DNA of 64,000 bases, taken from Antedon mediterranea. Taxonomy: Eukaryota > Animalia > Echinodermata. The DNA lies in contig NC_092677.1 in NCBI RefSeq assembly GCF_964355755.1, positions 14,468,101-14,532,100 on the forward strand, written 5' to 3'. A program made the position numbers and the translations under genes. This document shows, one piece after another, positions 52,088-60,874 of this stretch. Positions within the stretch are counted from its first letter, which is position 1; each line of letters begins with the position of its first letter. The notes under the pieces are model-generated. The model did not search any database. It saw only the letters and a list, made by a program, of their open reading frames with translations, and had not been told where the DNA came from.

Positions 52088-53385
52088 ATGGGACGCCGAA
52101 AGTGATGGTTATACAGCTCTAGACTTTGCTCCATTAACAAAACAGGAATATGGAAGGGCGTTATACTTCCCATTATTGTATGTTTCGCAACTTCTACTTA
52201 CTATAACCACAAGATCGCATTATTAACCAAGATAATACAGAAGTTAAATCAAGAAAAAGATGTGTCTAGAACAAGGGTCATCAAACGCATTCCTGAATTC
52301 ATTTCTGTGTTAGATATAAGGAAAAACGGGTCAGCATATGTTTATTCATCACCACGAAACTCAATGTGTTTCTTCAATCCACTCAATATTTTCAGATCAC
52401 GTGGCAGGAAGCGTCGTCATGGTCGGTGTGAAATTTCAAAAAGACACCTGGCATGAAGATATTTTTAATTGTAAATTTGACAACGGTGATGTTACAGTTT
52501 CAGATCCAATCGTGAACAATTTTAAAAGTTTTGGTTTTCTACCACAATACGTAGTGGTTATTACATGCCCTCTACCAGAACAATACAGTCATAAAAATGG
52601 TTTTACTATGTCATTAGAACGGCTTGTACCTTTTCCAATAGAACACAAATACTCTTACGATAACTTTACTGTCTGCTCTGCCGACGGTTTCCCGCCAAAA
52701 TCAAACTTTTTAGCAGTGTGTACAATGGTTAAAGACGTGGACGATTTCATTCCTTCTTGGATTGAATATCATCATTTTATGCGTGTAGAACATTTCTATA
52801 TATATGATAATCAAATTGAAATTGATAGTACATTAAAAGAGACAGTCGGTATGTTTATTAAAAAAGGTATTGTAACAATCATTCCATGGGCACATAGACA
52901 TTCACATTCTAAGACATATTTAGAAGTACAAATTGCTCACGAGAACGACTGTGTGTGGCGACATAAACACGGCACAAAATGGATGATCAACATTGATGTC
53001 GATGAATATATACAGCCCCTGGATCCATCTAGACCGAACATTCCTGATTATTTTTTGACAAAAGCTTCGAGAAACTAGGATCTATCCGCGTGCAGAATTG
53101 GTTTTTTGGTAGACCAACCAACGTGACGGCAAAAGGTACCATAATTGAGCGAAATACTTGGCGCCCTTCGAATCCTTCGGAACTGAATGCAGGTCACGAT
53201 AAGAACATTCTTCAGCTAATTAACGTACATTATTTTAAGATTCGTGCTATAAAACTAGGAGGAGAAACGCGTTCTGTAGACCCTTGGACAGATCTTAGGC
53301 TTGTTCATTACTTCCGAAGTTCAATGTTAAAGATGCGAGCATGGTGAACATTTGGAAAAAGATTCAGCATAAAAAACAAAAGTGA
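52088..53385 (+). pseudogene. Disabled GT92 paralog (tandem duplicate of 47889-49295)
   Basis: Strong similarity (SFGFLPQYVVVITCPLP, CTMVKDVDDFIPSW, SKTYLEVQIAHENDC, QNWFFGRP, GHDKNIL). Lesions: in-frame TGA at codon 6 (52103), frameshift with deletion at ~52380, frameshift at ~53060-53078, deletion/frameshift at ~53310. Confidence 0.85.
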
Positions 53386-53897
53386 GGGTGCCTGAAAAAT
53401 TAACATTTCTAGTAACACATACTTCTTGTAACTCATATATTGTATAACGCTTACAGGTAAATCAGTAGAGTAGAGGCCTACACAATAATAGTTTAGAATA
53501 CTTGATAAAGACGCCTCAGTTTTACCAAGAAAAATAGCAGCAAGTTGTTCAGTTTGTATCCACTTTTATTATCATATACATTTTATTACAGTTTCCTGTC
53601 GCAATGGATTTCATTTAAATGACATCGTCAACATCTTTCACAAATTGGTTTACTTTTTTTTAAACACATTTTTTATTTGCTGACAAAACCGCTAAGTACT
53701 ACAGTACGCTCATTCCATTTGGGGTATATTTTCTAACTTATATGCTTTTTGAATTGTGTACAACTTAGGCCTAATTAAACAACATTTGTTGAAACTGTGG
53801 ATAATTTTTTCTTGTCTTCTTTTTTATCTAAGTTTACAAACTATGCAGATGGCGACGATAATGGAAGTAGTTTTCTTTTACATAGTAGAACATAAAA

Positions 53898-54028
53898 ACT
53901 CTATTGTTCACTATGTTGGTCGGTCGGTCTGTCTGTCGGTCTGTCTGTCTGTCGGTCTGTCGGTCTGTCTGTCGGTCCGGTATCACTATGCATTGTAGCA
54001 TGCGACTTAATGGCTGTTGGCCTTGTTT
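53898..54028 (+). mobile_element. DINE-1/HINE-like short element
   Basis: Same body, (GTCG/GTCT)n tract and GGCTGTTGGCCTTGTT end as 36600-36732; 5' hairpin missing. Confidence 0.65.
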
Positions 54029-54169
54029 ATCATGGGGGCTACGTTGAAGACATATTTTTAGACCGAGTTTGTGCTCGCTGTTGGATGCGTATGAAGAAAA
54101 AATTTATCTTTTTTGTCTCTTTGTTTCTGAAATTATTCAGTGGAACTTCTGGTATGTTATAACATATAA

Positions 54170-54319
54170 AGCTCTGTCTAAACTATTCAACTAGTTTGAC
54201 AAAAAAGTGTGATGTATCCAAACATGGTCGTGATATGTCTAAATATGGTAGTGATATGACATCATCATGTCCATATAAATGGATGGGAACATCACAAGTT
54301 TGATAGTGTAAAAATAGCT
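54170..54319 (+). mobile_element. PIF/Harbinger-type MITE
   Basis: AGCTCTGTCTAAACTATTCAACTAGTTTG...TTTGATAGTGTAAAAATAGCT, flanked by TAA and TTA. Confidence 0.8.
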
Positions 54320-54844
54320 TTAGTTCTAGTGAAAGCTATAGAATAAGTGTTTTCTATTTGTTATTATATTATTCAAAAGCATATTATTTGAGAAGTAAAT
54401 ATCTATACTGAAGACAATAATGAAAATATGAGCGTCCTGTTAAAGTAGCCTAAAGAGTGCCATTAAAAATAAAGTATGGCCATTATGAAAACTTATGTTA
54501 ATTTCAAATAGAAATAAATATATGTAATGAAGAAAATTAAGGAAATATACATGTGCCTTATAAATAAAAGCTGAAATTACCGTACGTATATTACACATGG
54601 TCCTGTTAAAGTTAAGAGTGCCATTAAATGCAACGTTTATGACCCTTATGGAAACTAATATTATTTTAATGGCATTTCTCTGACTTGGTTCATGTTCTGA
54701 ACATAGTATCTCTTGTTTCTAATTATTTTAAATTCTTATTTAGAAAATTAGGTAAATTATACAATAGAGATATAAGCTTGCAGTAATTTAGTACACATCT
54801 TTTCATCTAACAGCAAGAAACAAACAAATTAACTTTCAATTATG

Positions 54845-57800
54845 CTAATTAATCATAGAAAATCGTTGAATCTTTGCAGGTTTGGGTTTAGTTTTTGGGG
54901 GTGGGGGTGGAGGCGTCTTGTTTGACTCGCAGTTTACGTTAGGACTAAATTGTAGAGGTTTGTGTTGCTCCCTTTCTTCCAAAGATGGACGTGGTACCTC
55001 ACTTTTTGGTCTTGGTTTAGGTTTTGTCCCTGGAGGTTTTTTAGGAACACTGGGTGGTTGTTTATTAACAGGCTGCTGGATGGGAGACTTTTTAGCTACA
55101 ACGGGAGGCTTTTTAGCCACACTGGGAGGATGTTTGGGTAAAGTAGGAGGTGGTTTAAGTACAAAGAGAGTCTGGTTAGGTACAATAGGAGGCTGGTTAG
55201 GTACAAAATGAGACTGCTTAGGCACAATAGGAGGTGGTTTAAGTAGGCCTACAAAGGGAGGCTGGTTAGGTACAATATGAGGCTGGTTAGGTACAGTAGG
55301 AATTTGTTTAAGTAAATTACGAGGTTTGTTTGGTGCAAATTCAGGAATAGTAGGTGGTTGTTTTGATCGAGCCTGATTGCTTGTTACATTTAATATCGAT
55401 AAATCGTTGATTTGTTTCGCTTGCACTGGCGATGCATTTTGTTGCATTTCTGACTTCTCTGACAAGTTTAATGGAGTCCTACCGATGGCAACGTCATTAA
55501 ATGTTCTGGAAGATGGCCTTAAGTTTTCTTTTAATTGTTTTATTAAATCACTAGAAATGCCGACTGCTACTGGTCCTTGAGATTGTGTTGGAGTATTCGA
55601 TTGTTCATGTACTTTTTGAGTCACATGTTGTTCTTTTGGAGACTTTAATCGATTTTCATTTATAACACATTGTAGAAGTTTTTGTGTTATTGGCGGTGGA
55701 TTTGGAATATTACAATGATCAATTTCGTCTGTGTTGCCTGGTAAAGGAATCTCCAATTTAGGGGGTAACGGAGGCGGAGGTTGAGCACTATCTACTACGC
55801 CGTAATTTAAGTCCATCTGTATTTTATCAGTGACATAACATGAATCATTTGCATCATCAAGAGGAGGAGCATCTACTCCGTTATAATTTAAGTCATCAAT
55901 TACATAAATTGAATTTGTGGCATCATCAAGTTCATTCAAGGCTTCTTCTATTCTTTGTTCCAATGCTGGTTCCTCGTATATCCGTTCGTCTTTATCTATT
56001 ATACGACTAATAGAATGTCCTAATTGCCTTTCTGGCAATGCTGGTGGTGTATAGTCCCTTTTCTGTTGTTGTGTTTGTTGATTTTCAAATGTAGCATATT
56101 CGTCTGTGTTATTTTTCAAAAACATAAAATAGTTACCTGCTGCTCCCCTTGGTGTTGGGGTTTGAGCGATACTTGAACTATCAGACATTTTTCTTAAGCG
56201 TAACGACGGTGTATTAGGAACATTTTCCCATTCAGGCCTTCGATTTAAAGATGAGAAGGGATTATATGAAAATGATTTGGAGCCATTAACTGGATTCAAC
56301 TCCTCGTAATACTGGTTTTCACTGTCTGCGTCATCAGTTGTTGAAGAATAGTCCGATGATGTGGTTCTTGTGATGTAATCGTAACTCGTTCCATCATCAG
56401 GTTCAATAGGGATTTCTCTTGGAGACTCCCATGCGGGTTCTGGAACAGCCTTACGTGGTGTTCTGTCTTTAACACGTACAGTATTAGATTCTAGTGGGCT
56501 TTTCGGTTCCTTAATGTCAGCAATCAATGGTTGTGTAAATATCATACCATGACCAACCTTGTCTAGTGCTCCGTAGTCTATTGCCGTCGAAATGTACCGA
56601 CGTTTCTTGTGGTGGGCACGAACATGTCGTTTTGTTTTTCGCCTAATTTCTTTCGTGAATTTTCGAGAAGCAAATTTCGAAATCCGTTTCATATCCCGTT
56701 TTGAATCGAATGCTTTTCCTTTCTGTAATAAAATAAACAATGTGTAAATAGGAAGAATGGAGAATACGAATTGTAACCGTATAATCCAGTTACAACACTA
56801 ACATTGTATAGCAAAAGTATTCCATGTTTGCTATTCCATAACTTACGTTATGACTGATTTCTGCTTTTAGATTGTTTATTTCCTCCGAAGAGGATGGGCC
56901 GATCCTGGAGGTACTGCAATACCAGGCCAACCCGTGGCCAGGATGGAGCAAGCTCCTATTCCATGGCCTAGGTTAAAAAATCAGTTTAATATAGAAGCTA
57001 CTCGATGAGCAGCGTTTCAGATATTAAGCTGAAAAGAACAGATACTACACATGATCTTAGCCAAAAGGCCGAGAAGCGATGCCGAAATTTTAAATTGCAT
57101 AATATAAGAATGACAAACAAATTGTGGATCTATAAATGTCAAAATGCTAAACTGGTCTGTGTCCACCTATATATTGCTAACCGAAAATAGTGTATATTTA
57201 TTTAAAGGCATTTTGATTATATTTTGTTCAATGTGAATTGTTATCATATAAAATGTAATATAAGGTGATATGGACAGGACAGTTTTTATTTTATCTTATC
57301 AATATTCATTAGTTCGTGTAGCGCCCTCTTAGAATGTGCAAAATATGAAATATAAGTGTGAAAATGATAAAATTTAAAATGTAAATTATGTATTTAAATT
57401 ATGTTCAACCAACAAAAGTTTGTATTTGTATCGTTTAAAAGTTATTGGATTTCAATTACATTGTGTTAAAATATGTTTTATATCACATTTTTAAAATGTA
57501 CGGTATAAATGATCAGCTTTGTTTTATTTTGCTTTATCAATATTCATTAGATTGAGTTGCGCCCTCTACTGTATAACGTGCAAAATACGAAATGCAGTAG
57601 CTGGTCTATCATGAAGAAGAATCAAGTTGATCTGATCTGAATTGATGATACTGTACATAGTTCTTGCTTTTTATTAATTTCCCACAAATTAACTGAGAAT
57701 TTGGCTGATATTATTTACTTTTTAACAGGTTTCCACGAACACGAACTATATTTGATTTTCTGACGTCAATAATACAAAAATATATATCTGAATACTTACC

Positions 57801-59220
57801 ATTTCAAGTTGATTAACTTCATAATCCAATATTTTCATTTCATGGACCTCACCCTCTATTAGTGCTTTCAGATCACTTGTTAAAGTATTTATCTGATCGG
57901 CAACACTTGCCAATGCGTTTGTCACGCAGTATTTTGTCTGTTCTGTGACGGCTATTTCCGCTTCTTTATTTTGGGCCTGCGAAAAAAACCCATGAAGAGT
58001 TACATTTTACACTTTAGAGGCATCCGTCGGCAAAAGAGAAACAATTAATTGGTGATACCGTATACCGTAAAGACCTGTTGCATCTTTGTATAATAAAGCG
58101 TCCCATGGAGAGTGACGTACATTTTGAGAGGAGTTATACATGATTTTCCCAATCTTTCTTTTTTCTAAATCTTTTTGCTCATTGTTATAGGAATAATTTG
58201 ATATAAAGTAAATAAAATAGAAGCCATTGAAACAATAATATGCGTGTGTGAGTCGAGGGAAATCACACTCTCGAACTATGTCAACTTCGCTTGCGTCGGA
58301 ATTAGACACTTCGTTACCTCCACCATGTTGTGAATGAAGAGAAGCGAATGTAATGTTGATAACATTCTTAAGCTTTGTCTACACTATCAAACTAGTTTGA
58401 CAAAAAATGGTAGTGATAAGCTTAAATATGGTAGTGATATGACATCGTCATGTCCATATAAAGACATCACATTTTTGTCACATAAAGTTTGATAGTGTAG
58501 ACAGAGCTTTAGCATGTAGGCTATTTTCACTTTGATGGGAACTGCTAAATATCTAAATACGGCGGGACAGATATATGCATAACAATGTTGTAACCCAGTG
58601 TATTGTAATGCCATTGTGTATGTGTTATACAGTTTCCTCTAAAAATAAAATAATAATAAGTAATGCAAATAGTTTTGTTCTTCACAATAGCATGTTCACT
58701 GAAGAATAATTTCTAAATAAAGCAATCATTCAAGCCATGGAAGCATAGAGAGATTATTTCAACCAACCGTGTCCAAAAGTTTCTGTTTAGGTACCGATTG
58801 ATTATAATATTAGACAACGATTTCTCAGTTTATATGTCAAAAGAATTATTAGCGCTAATTTCTCTGTCAAAAGCATATGCCTCTAAACAACCACTTTCTT
58901 TTATTATTACTTTTCATATTACTAGGGCTGCTTTTCGTTGATTAATTTGTGAACAATTATAGACATAATATTATTATTAATTTTCAAAAGCACGGTTTAG
59001 GCCCTTTTTTAACAGGCAATATTCTTGGTATGGTCTCCGCCGTTCATTAAATCTCCTTAGTTTTTACTTCAAAACAATCGTGATATATTATAGGCTATCA
59101 TACCTTTTTAAACGCCTCTTCACTTTGCGTGGCTATTTCACTAAGGTTCCATGAATTATTGATCAGTTTCTCTCTTCCAATCGCAATATCTGAAGTTACC
59201 AGATTCTCTAAATCCTCCAT
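54845..59220 (-). CDS. Divergent Abl-interactor (ABI)-family protein, 3 coding exons, 723 aa, proline-rich tail, no SH3 domain
   Basis: Exons 59220-59104 (MEDLENLVTSDIAIGREKLINNSWNLSEIATQSEEAFKK, cf. ABI1 [26 protein letters not shown]), 57976-57800 (EQTKYCVTNALASVADQINTL, cf. [21 protein letters not shown]) and 56722-54845 (RYISTAIDYGALDKVGHG, cf. Abi_HHR YIRKPIDYTVLDDVGHG). Phase-0 junctions; total 2172 nt. Confidence 0.82.
56860..56873 (-). terminator. snRNA 3'-box-like signal of the U2 gene
   Basis: AATCTAAAAGCAGA about 18 nt after the U2 end, following a CCTC-TTCG-GAGG pre-U2 hairpin. It resembles the GTTTN0-3AAARNNAGA consensus in its 3' part. Confidence 0.5.
56891..57080 (-). ncRNA. 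U2: U2 spliceosomal snRNA gene (full length)
   Basis: Minus strand ATCGCTTCTCGGCCTTTTGGCTAAGATCATGTGTAGTATCTGTTC; branch-recognition GTAGTA; Sm site GATTTTTTAA; GGAGCTTGCTCC stem; loop IV CCTGGTATTGCAGTACCTCCAGG. Confidence 0.97.
58371..58508 (+). mobile_element. PIF/Harbinger-type MITE (complete)
   Basis: TIRs AGCTTTGTCTACACTATCAAAC / GTTTGATAGTGTAGACAGAGCT with perfect TTA TSD. Confidence 0.88.
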
Positions 59221-59593
59221 GATTACTGTAACAATATAACATTACAAGGAAATCCTGACACATTCACAATCTAAGCACTGCCTATAATGACATCCGTTAG
59301 TGTTTTTCCGACAGGAATTTTGGAGTGTATAGGCTACAACCTTATCCGGCCGCTTTTTTAGCACCAGTCTTTATGACAAAAAAAAGGATTCGCTAGTGCA
59401 TTCAAACAACGATATGTATGAGTGAATTTACTGAATATCATTGGGTACCGTTTAGTCTTGGGGATTATATGGGACTTTTACAAATATAGGAACAAAACAA
59501 TTTTAGGCTATATATTGACAATGCACAAAAATAGAAGTGTTGTTATTGTATCATGATGACAGGCATCAAACGGAAAAATGAAAAAATTACTAG

Positions 59594-59757
59594 AGCTCTG
59601 TCTACACTATCATCAAACTAGTTTGATAAAAAAAAGTGTGATGTGCCCAAATATGGTAGTGATATGCTCGAATATGTAGTAATATGACATCACCATGTCC
59701 ATAGTGGGTAACATCACATTTTGTTGTCACATAATGTTTGATAGTGTAGACAGAGCT
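59594..59757 (+). mobile_element. PIF/Harbinger-type MITE (complete)
   Basis: TIRs AGCTCTGTCTACACTATCA / TGATAGTGTAGACAGAGCT with perfect TAG TSD. Confidence 0.88.
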
Positions 59758-60771
59758 TAGGTTAGTTTGGAAAGTAGGCTATAGGGGAGGGATCAGACAA
59801 ATTAGAGGTCGGAGAAATAATAAGTGACATTAAATAAACGATTTAAATGCACATTCTAATTTCAAGTAAAGTGCTTTGAAGGGGAAGGAATAACAACGTT
59901 TATAAAAACAATTCTAAAATTCACTGTATTCTCCACTAGATACAAACAAAATACTACTTGCATTGACACTGGCTCGATGTCAATACGATGTCTGTTAAAA
60001 AAGGTAATCATGTGTAGATAAATTAATATGAAGAGTAGACTCCGAACGAGTTAAATTATGAATATCGACGGGGACCACACGATCACTAATATAATGAATT
60101 GAACACTTACCGTAATTGGTTAATTGAATTTAATTGTGAGGCTTATACAAAATCCGCAATAACATTCTTCCAACATACTTTAGGTCCTCAATTAGAAATG
60201 TTCATTATACATATTTTTACGGGAAAATGACATACATTACATAATCAATATTATAGATCTCATTTCCTCTTTCATAGTATCTTTTACCTTGAATTCCTTT
60301 CATTATCTATAGTTATTAATGTTCAATTACTGTTTTAGTTGTGTTTGAATTATTATTATATTGTTAATGCATGCTCTCTAGCCACTTTAGAACTTATCAG
60401 TGCTTTAGCACTGAAAATGTCATTCAGTATAAAAAGACAAATCAATACATTTCAGCACCGTCAAAAAAGGTGTAGGCCTAATTAAGCTCACATTATCCCA
60501 TTGTTCATTTTGTTTTATTTCATTTATTTATCTTTTTTAATGATCATTTCTCATTTCCATTATGGATTTTTTTAACTTCTTCTTTTGATCACAACTAATT
60601 TGTGTCATCGGGAGAAAGGTTGGCCTTTTAGTGATTTGATCGTTTATTTTGTGAATAGATCTGATATGCTCTTTCTTCACCGTTGGTGGCGGATCAAAAA
60701 GAGGCGTAACTTTTGGTTGGATAATCGGCAAATAATTATTCAAGCGTATAAATTAACCTTTGACATGTTCA

Positions 60772-60784
60772 TTCCGCGCCAAAA
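60772..60784 (-). promoter_or_regulatory. E2F-type site in the POLE promoter
   Basis: TTTTGGCGCGGAA on the minus strand about 90 nt upstream of the POLE ATG; fits TTTSSCGC and an S-phase gene. Confidence 0.55.
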
Positions 60785-60874
60785 ACAAGCTCTGTGTGTT
60801 GTTTTTTAACAAGCCTAGCCTAGGGTAACTTAATGTGTGTTGCCATTAACATTTACTTGTAGAACTATAAAGTA

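Noticed and set aside
52103-52105. In-frame TGA in GT92 copy 2 as selenocysteine or readthrough
   Set aside because: Three further frameshifts disable the gene; no SECIS evident.
54882-55580. Plus-strand Gly-rich ORFs
   Set aside because: Antisense reading of proline codons of the ABI-like exon.
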